Positions 1 to 11,561 of a stretch of 64,000 bases of DNA are shown piece after piece. Made by a program: the position numbers and the translations under genes. Numbering within the stretch: position 1 is the stretch's first letter; each line of letters opens with the position of its first letter. Source of the DNA: Pelomyxa schiedti (lineage: Eukaryota; Protista; Evosea); assembly GCA_020536535.1 (NCBI GenBank), contig JAHLWZ010000277.1, forward strand, positions 62,001 through 126,000, read 5' to 3'. Below the pieces are notes generated by a model, which made no database searches, was not told the origin of the DNA, and was given only the letters and a program-made list of their open reading frames with translations.

Positions 1-903
1 AAAAACCAACTCCCAACAAACGAGGACCTTGACGAAGGGTGGGATTTATTGGTCCCTTTTATGAGCAAGCCTGAAAGGAGTCTTCCTCTTTGGATGCATA
101 TTGTCTTTGCTGGTGCTCATCCAATTGGTAAGCCTTGACTCTTCTGCTTCCCAAGTTGACCCGAGAGAGGTCTTCGAGAAAGAAATTGGCTCAAGTTTGA
201 ATCAGGAGCTCTTGTTTTCCCTCAGGATTACCCAGACACGAATGCAAGTTTCGAATTTTCTATCCAAGAAAAGAAGTCCCTAACCATTGAGTGGGAGAAA
301 AAGCCACCTGGTTTGTAGGTACTCTCTTGAGACTGTCTAATGTATCATCAGCAAAGCGACCTAATTATGCCAAACTTCACACCCCCTCTCCGTTTACCCC
401 AAGCTGGCAATTGTGTGTCAAAGTACCACCAATAGTGCTACGGCAATTACCGGGAATGAGCTTACCGACTCAGACACTCATCTGTGCCCGCTTACTTGTG
501 CATAGAAGCAAACCTTGCCGAAGTGCCATGATATGTGAACCTCTAGAAACGGATTTGAAGACACTGGCCTGGGAGTCGGTTACAAACAACAAAGTACAAA
601 AATGGCACACAGGAGGAACTTGCAACTGTCAAAGTGTGTACAGTGTCCCTAACTAACAAGTGTCACTAACGCACTGCAGAGGTACACAGGCGGATCATTG
701 GCTTTGTTACCTCTGGTGAGTTTTCATTTGTTTCAGGCTGTGGCGCAGTGACTGCCTTCGTCAGTGCCGAGCCACTTTTGCCTTTCCTAACAAACACCAC
801 TACACGCCCACTCCTCGTCCGAAATCCAGGTTCTGTTCATTACCAAGCAGCAATTGCGTTCTTTGACATCCAACAACCAACACCACAAACAAACAGAACC
901 TGA
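1..903 (+). CDS. POP1: RNase P/MRP subunit POP1, 3' part (POPLD and C-terminal domain), spliced
   Basis: Spliced translation gives GWDLLVP...LWMHIVFAGAHPIG/LRERNWLKFESGALVFPQDYPDT and C-terminal RRIIGFVTSGEFSFVSGCG...LLVRNPGSVHY, then TGA at 901-903. These match recalled POP1 motifs. The 5' end lies outside the window. Confidence 0.85.
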
Positions 904-976
904 ACCACAGTTCCCCTTTCAAACCAATAAACAAAATTTTTTTTTTCGGTTACCCGAAATCAGAGTACAACGAGTT

Positions 977-1420
977 TTAATGCACATCTACCATGTCATC
1001 GTCGCCCAGCCAGCAATGTGAGTTGTGGTCAATTACATCCAGGTAGACAGGCACAATTGCCCACCAAGACACTGGCCGTAGCATTCTGCTAGTAGTAGTC
1101 ACTACTACTGGTTGCAGTTGTTGTGGTTGTTGTTCCGAGTCGCGGTAATGGTGACTACTGCGTGGGCATGGGGGCGAAGGCAGGATGAGGTCACCACGGG
1201 ACGGGCTTGTTGTTGTGGGTGTGCCTGTTGCGGCTGACAACGGCGAGGAGGAGGAGGATATGGTGTAGGAGGGTGTGCTGTTGTTGTTGATGATACTGCG
1301 TTGGTTGATGGTAATGGTGGCCGGGGTCATTGGCATAGGTGGGATTACAACAGGGCGCCGCTTAACGTGGCTGGATGGTTCCACTTTAATGCGCTTGTTC
1401 TTGGGTGCCTTGAGGCGCAT
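977..1420 (-). CDS. Hypothetical low-complexity protein (147 aa)
   Basis: Intronless ATG-started ORF filling the space between two genes. Basic N-terminus, S/T/P/Q-rich middle, no recognised domain. Confidence 0.45.
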   Translation of the reverse strand: MRLKAPKNKRIKVEPSSHVKRRPVVIPPMPMTPATITINQRSIINNNSTPSYTISSSSSPLSAATGTPTTTSPSRGDLILPSPPCPRSSHHYRDSEQQPQQLQPVVVTTTSRMLRPVSWWAIVPVYLDVIDHNSHCWLGDDDMVDVH

Positions 1421-1737
1421 GTTGCTTGCTTGTTTATTGGTTCACCCGGGTTAGCGACTAAAGTCACTGGGGTTTCGCTTTTAAATTTATGTTGCGTTTC
1501 GTTGGTAGCTGAACTTCAACGGAACGGCAATTCTCGAAACTGGGCCCAATTTCCTGTGATCAAGTGGCTTTGGTATTTGATACAGTTGCTTTGCCCACAC
1601 ACCACGCAATGCGCTCATTAACCTTTAGTTGTGCCAAAACCTCTCACAGGTATAAGTTTATGAAGTCTAGTGTAACTTTTTTATACAATAAATAGATATG
1701 GTTATGAGTGCCAATGCTGCAGCCAAGTTGTTTGGAA

Positions 1738-4217
1738 TCAGAGCTTGGTTGTTGTTTGGAGAAGGCCTTGGCGTATACAGCGAAGGTGATTGTCAGATTC
1801 CTGGGAGGTGTTTGTGCAAATGGATTCTCGTGGTGTTGCTAGGTTCAGGTGTTTTATGAGTAAGAGCATGGGGTCTTTGATTGGAATTTGAAGTTGGGCG
1901 GAAAACTGTGGTGGTTCGGAGGCAGTATGCCTATTCTGGTGCCTACCTATGGGATCAGTGGAAATACTCCGCGAGGGAGGGCGGCCCATCTCAGGAGCCG
2001 GTTCTGTTGGATCTGGGACAGTGGACATGCTCAGTGAGGGAGGCCGGCACTTTTCGGGTGCTGAATCAGTTGGTACTGGTGGTGTTTGGAGCGGCCTCAA
2101 AGGTAGATCAGGGCGTGGTGGTGGGTGTACTGGAGGAACTGGTAGCTGTTGTCCTGAAGATAAAGAAGTATTACTGAAATAGAAAGTAGTGAAGTAACAT
2201 CTCAACTCTGACTCTGAGTGAGTATTGTGTAACAAGGGCCACAAACGCGTGCGTATTGATTAAGAGAGTCGATGAAATAGCGCATCTCCGAACAATAGCC
2301 ACATACAACATGTCCTTGAGGTTTTTGTTTAGTGCTTGGTTTTAGAGTATGTTCGTGGTTACCACACTTTCTACAGTGATGCTGCATTTTATTATTGGAA
2401 AAAGAGAGTAAAAGGTAGTTCATACCCTGCGCAAAATTAATGTGAACCTTGCGTTGCACGACATACACATCTCTGATGTGTAGTCAGGTACCCATATTGG
2501 TGCATCCTCATTGGATATACAGTTACCTATAGAATATAAATTGGATAATTGACCTTCCTGGGGGAAACCATCATTCCCTGGGTTTGTTGAGTGTGCAAGA
2601 GATTGCTTAGCAACAGTAATGTCATTGATCCATGCCTCTTTCTCTTGGGAGTCTTTTGCACAGACAATAAAAGACTTCTGTTTGCCAAGAATTTGCAAGG
2701 CATACTTTATTTCTTCGCCAAAGTTAGGGTGTACTATTTGAGCATCAAAAAACACACTAGAGGTGTCAGCTACAGTTTTAATTGTTGCATTGCGAAGGTA
2801 TACTTGCCTTCGGAATTTGTACCCAGATCGAAGAATATCTCCATAGATCTGTGATTCGCCAATGAGAAAAGAGACCAAGTGAAGCTACTTACAATACAAT
2901 CAGAGAAAAGGAAAAATTGCCGCTGTTTGGGAGCTCTTTTGCATTGCTGATATAGGGTGCCCTCTCTCAGTAGCTTTCTTTGTTTTGATACGATTGGCTG
3001 TAATTTTTTTAGTGGATATTGAAAGTTAGGCAACAAACATACTGGACAGTATCCTACAAATTGTTTTTGTAGAGAAAGAAGTTGGTCGAAACCTTCTTTA
3101 TCCTTGATTGATGAGTTGATCTGAATATTAATCCCTGTGATTAGTTCCAGTGCAACTGTAAGATGCATAAAATCTGGATGGTGCTTGCTGGTATATCGAA
3201 GAAGTTCCTTGTAGTTTGTTGGGTTCAGTTAATTTCTCGGCTGCATACCCGCAGAAGCATTTCATATCTCTACTGCCTGTTAGATGAAACACAGAATAGG
3301 GGACAATACCGGAATCCGTTGCATTGGTGATACTAGCAGTGAAGGAAGAGATAAGTCGAGTTCACTAGATGAGGTTGCTGCCTCATTCTTTGGCAGTAAG
3401 CCAAAGGAAAAAAAAGTACTTATGAATACCTTCAAAAAGTCACTCAACTGTGATGATTTGGATGAGAGGACTGACAAAACTGCACTGGATTTTGGATAGT
3501 TCCCGCAGTAGAGAATGTACACTCTTAAGAATGGTCCCTATATAGCATTAGTGTTGGGAATGATGTGTCGAAGCCACACAATATGTACAAAAATGTCTCC
3601 GATTGTTGAGGAGCTTGTCCAGATATTAAACCGTGGTTGTAATTGTTTAAGTAGGGCCTAGCAAAATTATGTTCAACAAAGGTGGGATACTGATATAGAA
3701 GTGAAACCTCATTCATATTCAGTATATCTGCAATGTTGGAGAATATAAAGCACATTTGTTGTGGGGTTAGCAAAGGAGAAGGGCTGGATGCAGATTGTGC
3801 TAGAGGTCTGATATACTTCTATTTTCCTCTGAGCTTTCTTGAAGGAGAAACGAAACTACCTTACTTTTGTGAGAAAGTGCAGCATGTCAACATAAATTTC
3901 TTCTGTTGTCACTATTTCTTGCACAATTTTAAACCTCATTGTCCCTGTTTGTTTTTCAGCTTTCCGCCAAGCAAAAAAAAGTGCAACCAAAACAAAAAAA
4001 AAAAAAAGGCAATCTGCCAAGAAGTGGCAGGCATACTCCTCCTATTATAACCCCTGATTGCCTTTTGACAGCAGTGGATCTGCCAAAGTGTCATTCTAAT
4101 TGTCCTTCCACAGACAACGAATCCCCTGCCACAATTCCCTCCCGCCGTTATGGGAGCAGGCACGACTAAATCTGCCGCAGCCACGCCGCCCTGCGTCGTT
4201 GTCGTCCCATCAGCCAT
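1738..4217 (-). CDS. RhoGEF (DH)-PH-FYVE protein, FGD/frabin-like, multi-exon
   Basis: DH start MRFKIVQEIVTTEEIYVDML, SLLVSPMQRIP, PH RKLLREGTL...RQFFLFSD and AKDSQEKEAWINDI, FYVE WVPD...CMSC...RRHHCRKCG...VCGYCS...RVCGPCY, Pro-rich tail. IQ-like CQKAIRGYNRR in exon 1. Confidence 0.9.
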
Positions 4218-4390
4218 CGCAATCCACACGAAAGAACCAACAAAAAAACGGCCAAAGCAAAAAAAGAAAACCGTTTGTTGATTTGCGACTTTGGTGAACA
4301 AAAGTGTGAAAGTGATGAAGTCCGGGTGGTTCGGATTCTGAGGGATTCCAGTCTTGGATTCTGGGTGGGAATAGTACTGCCATTATGCTT

Positions 4391-5472
4391 TCAAAGGGTG
4401 AGGATGGGTGAGTATAGTAGAGTATACATACAGTGACGGCTGTTGGTGCCTCGTTCTTGTTGCTGTTGCTGTTGTGGGGAAGAGAAGCAGCGGGTTGTTG
4501 GTGCAGGTGTTGTTGTTTGTTGGGTGGTGGAGTGGGAGTGTGAGTCTGGTGTTGCGGTGGGAGTACTGGGTTGTGGCTGTGTTCTGCGTTGTGTGGCTGA
4601 GGTCGTTGGGTATTTGTCCCGCTTTATAGTAGAGCCGGTGGGCCCTGATGGTAGTGATTGGGGTCGTGGAGGGATGTCCGCTTGGGATGTCACTATAGTG
4701 TGTCCTTGCTCAGTGGCTGTGAGCGGCATAGATTGGGGTATTATTTGCATATACCAGTGTGGGTTTCTTACAAGCCTGGTTTACTGGGAGAGGGGTCTTC
4801 GAGTGGGAACAGGTTGCAGTTGTAAATATCCATAGTTTCGTTTTCTTCAAGAGCGCGCTCTATACTTCAAGTGGTTTGGAAATTGCATGAATGCCCAGTG
4901 GCCACATACAATGGTACCACTTTAGCAAGAAATTGAATCATTTCAGCAGAATGCAAGGATGTAGCCTGTTCTTCAGCAGACATTTCCAACGGTTGAGTGT
5001 TCGTTGATGCATTTAAACGTCGAAACCTAGAGAAAAGAAAACAAAATAAAAAAAAAACAAAAAAAAAGGGTGTTGATAACCATGGTGTCTGTGAAAAAGC
5101 GTCTACAGAAATAGGTCCCGCCTGTGTTGCGGCGTCACACAACAAGGAAATTGCATTAGAGCGTGTATTAAACGGAGGGCACTCGTGAGCACCTTCCAAA
5201 GGGTCTGAGTCTCCAAACTTAACAGGTCTCTGCCCAAACTCGCACAATGGCCGCGATATTTCGACGCGTATCTGCACACAAAGAAAGAAGAAAAAGCTGC
5301 GGTGAGGTGATGTGATGTGATGCCGTGCCGCGGCCGTTTCGGGAGTGGCAAACCAGACCAATGGGCGAGTGTTGACCACCATGGATCTGCGGATCTCCGC
5401 CTCACTACCACACGATACCCTTCTAGGCCGTGGTTTATTCTCCTCAAGCACCTCCCTGTTGTCCTGGCTCAT
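4391..5472 (-). CDS. Axonemal dynein intermediate chain DNAI3/WDR63 (IC140)-like, N-terminal region only, no WD40 repeats
   Basis: Spliced product RVSCGSEAEIRRSMV...ISRPLCEFGQRPVKFGD...SQTPWFRRLNASTNTQPLEMSAEE...QFLAKVVPLIERALEENETMDIY aligns by recall with WDR63 WVSLGSEKEIEEESV...ISRKRSEFGAPIKFSD...TQTKW...NATTQ...ALQQNEIMN. A low-complexity tail follows; the 3' end is approximate. Confidence 0.7.
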
Positions 5473-5538
5473 TTTTTTTTTGTGTGCACAACAAAAAAAC
5501 TTTCGTGTTTTCCCGGAACTGGAACTGGGTCGAAGACG
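5473..5538. promoter_or_regulatory. Putative 66-bp bidirectional promoter/5'UTR region
   Basis: Divergent ATGs at 5472 (-) and 5539 (+). Confidence 0.45.
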
Positions 5539-6800
5539 ATGTCTAATAGCGTAGCGGTGGTGTGTGATTTGCGGGAAGACGTGTCGACACTCGTCACTAG
5601 TCTGGTTCACCCTCCCTTTGTCTTTTTTCTTGTTGTTTCCGAGTCCGTAAGCTTTTCCCGTGTCACTCACTCTTTTCCCGCTTTTCGTTCTTTCTTCTTT
5701 TTTTTTTTGTTGTAGGGGTTACACATGGTGGTACCACCACTAGTGGTGCCGTGGCCAGCATGGATTGGGTAATTTCTACAAAGTACTATACGGCGCCTGT
5801 GCAGTTCGTGCATTGTGCTTGGGACCATCCTCCGGAAGCTCCTTGTCATGCTGTTATCTTTAGCGCGTCGAAACTTGTGTGTTTGCACTCTCTTTGCTCT
5901 CCTTGACCTTGTGATAACGCCACTCGCCAATATGGCGTTTCAAAGTCTGCTCCAAGTACTAAGCAACTGGGGATTTGGGCAGAGTACCTGGACCGACAGG
6001 CTCCTGGCGTGTGCCTTTTCGCTTGCAGTGGCTCAGTTGCAGATTTGTGTGGCTGGTGCATTGACAATGGGGTAGAATTCATAGATACGGACCTAGTCAC
6101 TACAAATGGTATTAACTCTTAATATTCATACAACAACCAAGTAAATTCCCTCTCTTGGAACCAAAAAGATAAAGAAAAGGAAGGCTATGACCGTGTCCTT
6201 GAAGCTCTGGAAGCCAATGTTTGGCCACACATGTCTCGGTTGCCTTCGGTTAAAAGAGTACCAAGGTCTGTGGAATTGCCCACCACAAGCGAAGCGAGTA
6301 ATACAACGGCCGAGTCTACACACCAACCAAACCTTCCTCAATCATCAGCAGAAGCTTTATTCAAAACTTTTGCTGAAGAATTTCCCGCTGACCCAGCACC
6401 CACAGAAAAGCCCTCTTCTGCAACCAGTACCCCCCACCCCCAAACCACATCCCCTCCCTCCAATACCACCCCACTAACAGCAACCACACCCGAACCCCCC
6501 AAGTCGGAGCCAGCCAAGCCAAAACCAAACAAGCCGGAACCTCCATCAAATACTTCAAAGAGTCCCAGTTCAACTTCCCCCAGCGCCGCTCCCCCAGCGG
6601 ATTTCACCAGCCCGGACTTCTGGAAACACATCGACCAAGACGAGATATTCCAGGAAGCCTTCTCACAACTGGCCCAGCTGCGCTTACAAGCGCAAAGCCT
6701 GCCTGATGACCAAAGACGTGAACTGGCCAAGAATGTGGCACTTGCGTTTGCAAAGCACTTGGGTGACGATGACGACACGGATGAAGACGACGACCTGTGA
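5539..6800 (+). CDS. AAGAB: Alpha/gamma-adaptin-binding protein p34 (AAGAB/Irc6 family), multi-exon
   Basis: N-terminal MDWVISTKYYTAPVQF and C-terminal FQEAFSQLAQLRLQAQSLPDDQRRELAKNVALAFAKHLGDDDD match the family signatures as recalled. Confidence 0.85.
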
Positions 6801-6861
6801 AACTTTGTCACACTCAAAAAGAACAACAAGTGAGAATGTTTCAAAAAGTTTTGGAATTTCG

Positions 6862-9800
6862 TTATGTGCTATTATTGGTGGGGACAATCTTTTGGGCGGC
6901 TTCTAGTAGTGCTGTTGTGGTAATAGTACAATTTGAGCTGGAAAGTTGTTGGGATAGCCACTTCTTGGCCTTGAGTGCTAGCATTTCCCATTCGTCAATA
7001 GCTGTTGTGAATTTGCTTTGGAGGCAGACGAGAGCTTTTTTTGTGTTAGAGAGATAGAAACATTACCAAAGGATCCTAACCAATAGCTGTGTTCCAAATC
7101 GATTGGCAGTTTTTCAAACTTTGGATTTCTGGTGGTACACTACGCTGTATGAGCTCCAGTGCACAACCTACGATTGGTGTCAAGAAAGTCCTTGAAAATT
7201 GTGTTACCAATAATGGTCAGAACCGCCTCGTTGAATTCGAGCCATGACCCATCAGAATTTTGCAAAAATATAAGTTTATCAAGTGGTCTCACCTAATGGA
7301 ATTTCGACAGGTAAGGAACGGAAGATAACTGTGGCATACCTGAGAATTGTCTTGGTAGTCTGTGCTGGCTGAGGGGGTAAGAGTAAGTTGATTCTCACTC
7401 GCTCTAGAAGGGCGGTCGTTAGGCCTGGGTTGATTTGTATATTCTTCCATTCGCTTTTTCCTCTCTGTCCTGTCCGTAACTGGCATGTACCTCTCGGAGT
7501 GTCTATCATCACACTTAATGTCACTGCGGAGATCAGATTCTTCCATTTCCCTTTGCCTCTCTCTTCTTTCCCTCTCCGGCTGTCTACCATCAACCTCAGC
7601 CATTGTACTGTCTCTATTCCTTTCACTGCCTGGAGCAGTTCTACGATCATCTCTGTAGCTACTTCTATCCTGATCCCTCTCTCTATCTCGGTCTCTGTCT
7701 CTGTCTCTGTATGCACCCCTTTCCCCACCCCCATCTCTGTGAAACCCTCTATCTCCATCTCCATCTCTCTCCCTAAAACTCTGCCGACCCTGCGAATATT
7801 CATCAAAATCTCTATCTCGGCCTCCATATCCACTGTAAAGATTCTCTCTACGATCCCCTCCCCTCCTTGAATTATAACTGTGTGTGGTTTCCTCTGCCCT
7901 GCTGTAGCCTCCTCGGCCATACGACCTGGAACCATCGAGTCTATCCCTGCTATTCCTCCAATCGTGCGATCTCTCATCGTGGCGTGCTCCCCCATATTGT
8001 CTCTCAGGTCTCGTATCTCTGCACCTGCGGGAATCATCATATCTGGATTTGCTTCCCCCCCAGATAGGTGCAGAGCCTGAGAAAAATTCACTGAAAAATA
8101 CTTAAGTGTGAGGGAAACCTGGTTGATCTCTAGGAAATGGACAAGGAGGAGGCTATGGAAACTGTAAGAGGAAAATATGACCAAAAGGTTACGTACGACA
8201 CGCGCACGTGTCGATGGTTCTACAACCCGCAGTTGCATTGGCTCTGTCTCTGAGGTAAAACGAGAAGTTATAGTTCCAACCACGCACCTTGTACAGCTTC
8301 AGACCTTGATTCAACACAAATAAAACTCGTGTATTTGCTTTCAAGCTGGTATTTTACAGATAAGTCAATAGCTTCTTGCTTTTTTTCTGCATTCTCGAGG
8401 TCACTAGATATTTTCAATGAGACCACAACAAAAAAAAATTGTTTCTTGGATACTGGATAACACTTCTGAAGGCCAATCGATGCACTAACTTTCCATGCTG
8501 AGTTTTGGAAAGGTTTAACCTGAGTGGTTTTACAAAATGAATACACAGATTAGCTATTACTGGAAGGGGAAAGTCAGTTCCTCAGTCAAAAAGGCTCGAA
8601 CTCGGCAAACAGAGGTGGATATGTTCTCTGTATTCGATAGGAAACCATAGACTAATCACAGACATAAGTACGAGGATACTTTTTGCAAAAGCACACCAAG
8701 CATTCGCTCGTTGTCGAAAATTGGAGGTAATGTTGTTGGAGTCTGCTTAGCTGCAATTGTACCCCAATCAATGGCAACATTTTTAAGTATTGGCTGTAGA
8801 GCTCTCTTTATTTGTGACATTACTTTAGGTTCAATGCGAGTGTCAGTAGTGATAAATTCTGCCTGAAAGAGTATTCATCAATTGAATTTATTTCGGTAGG
8901 CAACCTTTCCCCTTGTGGCAGTTGCAATTCCTTAAAAAGCTGAGTAAATTGGAAGTGGAGTGAAATGTCAACCTCTCACTAGATGGGGACTTGCTTCAGC
9001 AGATATTCCAAAAGAAAATATTCTTGTTCCTCCTAAAGTTAATTGTAAGTCTTGTCAAAGCATAATAATAGAAGAGGAAATTTACCAGAATTATTATTCT
9101 TCACAAACGAGATTACATCGTTGGTGTTTTTTACATCGCCATCAGTCTTATTGGTTCGGTTGGTCAGTTTTAGAAGGGGAGATTTATGGTACCAAGAAAA
9201 ATATTTGACGAGGAAAGTCTGGGCGAGGCTGCTGAGAAAAGATGTCTTGCAAAGGGGGAAGAACTTCTGTTCCCCCCAAACTGGCCCTCATCGAAAGAAC
9301 GTAAGCCTTTGCAGTACTGAAGCTTGTGGGGGATTAGAATTGTGAAGAAAAGTGCAAACGAAAACAAACGAGTCCTCTGAATATTGAGTGCTTTGTGGGA
9401 AAAGTTTTTCAAAACGAGACCCAAATCCAATGACTAACAAAGTAATTGGTATGCTTTACAGAAAGAGTTAATTTACTGTTAAAAAGACAAGTGCTTGGAA
9501 TGCTCCGTAAAAAGAGTTGCATAGCATTTTTAACTTGATTAATACGTGAGCCAGCCATGCTTCCTGAGCGGTCAACCAGAAAAATTAGTTCTGAACAGGC
9601 ATCCTGCTCCGTGTTTATGTTTGGGAAAAGGGAAACCATTGCCACTTTGGATGAATCCTCATCCTGTGTACGTTAAGTGGAAGCGGAGATGCTCAGGGTA
9701 CCTCTTCTATTGTAATAAAAAGTGGGTCAACAGTACGGTTTAATTCAAATTCCAACCAGAATGTATCACTTATCTTGGTAACTGAGGGGAAAAGCTCATA

Positions 9801-11071
9801 GTACTACACGTACCTCTTTCACTGTTGAAGTAATCTTCGACATAGCCCCTTCACCAGCACTGTCAATAGTATGTGAATGGTGTATGGAGAGAATTGGAGC
9901 AGGTGCTTCAACTTCACAACTGAATGAAAATCCAGCCTCTTCAGTTGACTGTGATGTTTAGATAGATACTTCACATAGGGGAAGTGTAACTGCAGGTAGA
10001 CAGTGTGTATTAGGGAGTTCAAATCGGAGTCGACCCTGTTCATACTGCAGTTCTGTGCATATGGTTTTAGATTCAGGAGAAGTATCTAGGAATCTACCAG
10101 TAATATATCTGAGTGTCACAATAGCAGAGGAACGTGAAGGTAAATTCCCTATTTGCATCTTCAGCATAGATCCCTGGAGGTTGTCTATTTCTACAAGGAA
10201 AGAAAAAAGGGTGGAGGGAAGGGGAGAAGGTGAGAGACTGCCAAAGAAGCATTGTATCCACAACCGTTTTCAAGAACATAAGCTCCATTTCCACTGGCAA
10301 TTGCGTCATCATACTGAGGAATGGTACAATTTTACTTCAATAATTCTTCAAGGATACCTTGTTGGCAGCAGCTTGCTTTTCTTGCACACTGCCCTTTATG
10401 ATCCGCCCTCCCACGTTAACTTCCAGTTCATACACAGAGAATTCACCTTGAGCAAAAGCAAACCTATGACATGTCACCACAAGAGGTTGATATCACCATA
10501 ACTTAGAATGCCACATTGCCAAGAAATATAGGGGAATAAAACAAAAAAAAAAAAAAAAAAACAATCGAAGTCAACAAGGAATGCTAGTTGATATACAAGA
10601 GACTAAAACTAAAGCATACACAGCCTCAATTGGGAAGTCCTCCCTGTTCACAAAAGTATGAGTCATGGACACATCGGCCGCCACTCCCATAATCGTGGAG
10701 ACGACCCGCAACGAAGCAAATGGGTTCGGGGTCGCCTTGTCGCGCGAGGGCCGTTCTCCCCTGTCACCACTGGTACCACGTTCCCTGCTGGTGAACACAG
10801 CACCGAACGGCCTGCTGTAGTCCAGCTCCGCGGTTCTGGTGGGAGCACTCGTGGTGGTACCAATTATGGGAGAACTGGTTGGAGGTGCCGTATTCGTGCT
10901 GTTGCTTGAGTGCTGCGTGGAAACACTGGGAATGGGCGGAGCAGAGTGAGTTTCGTCAAAGTACAATGCAATTGCCCTATTGACATCGTTGTTGGCCCTC
11001 CTTAAATACTTATGGGCAGTTGGGCGGTCACACGCCGCTATCTCCTCGAACCGACGCAAAGCCTCCTCCAT
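6862..11071 (-). CDS. UBA-like + VIT + vWA domain protein (VWA5A-like) with an R/D/G-rich insertion, multi-exon
   Basis: N-terminal FEEIAACDRPTAHKYLRRANNDVNRAIALYFD (UBA-like). VIT ADVSMTHTFVNREDFPIEAVY and MQIGNLP. vWA ELIFLVDRSGSMAGSRINQVKNAMQLFLRSIP. Also LSVKYQLESKYTSFICVE and C-terminal EWEMLALKAKKWL. Stop at 6862-6864. Confidence 0.88.
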
Positions 11072-11561
11072 CTTGTACGTTTTTTGTGAAAAACGACATT
11101 CCCGAACGGGATTTCTCACTGTCTGGCTCCAGAATGGTTGGTAAAGGGGAACAGTCCCTTGATGGCACACAGTTCCCCTAAGGAGTTACTGTGTGGTGTG
11201 CGACAAGGGAAATAGAGTCCGGAGTTCAATTGAAGAAGAATACCCAGGTATTCACCCATGAGGCGAAGTGCAGCGTTGTTTCTGCGGCGTTTCTCCGACA
11301 AAAAGAACAGGCAGACACACCCAATAAAAAAAAAAACCGTAGTCTGTACAAGTCGGCTGTGCTGTGGTACAAATGGCTACGTCCCTCGTACTTTCACTCT
11401 TTGACTGAGAATAAGTACCAGTGAAATAACAAAGCCATTAGAAATCAGACACCGACCAAGAGCAAACATCACAGTCACAGTCACAACAGCAGGCGTCTGC
11501 CAACAGAGTCACTTGTTTCGTCATAGTCCGTTATATTACAAATGCAGAAAGGGCATCATTC

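Noticed and set aside
7279-8283. 334-aa ORF as an independent gene
   Set aside because: Alternative-frame reading of the RD-rich exon of the VIT-vWA gene.
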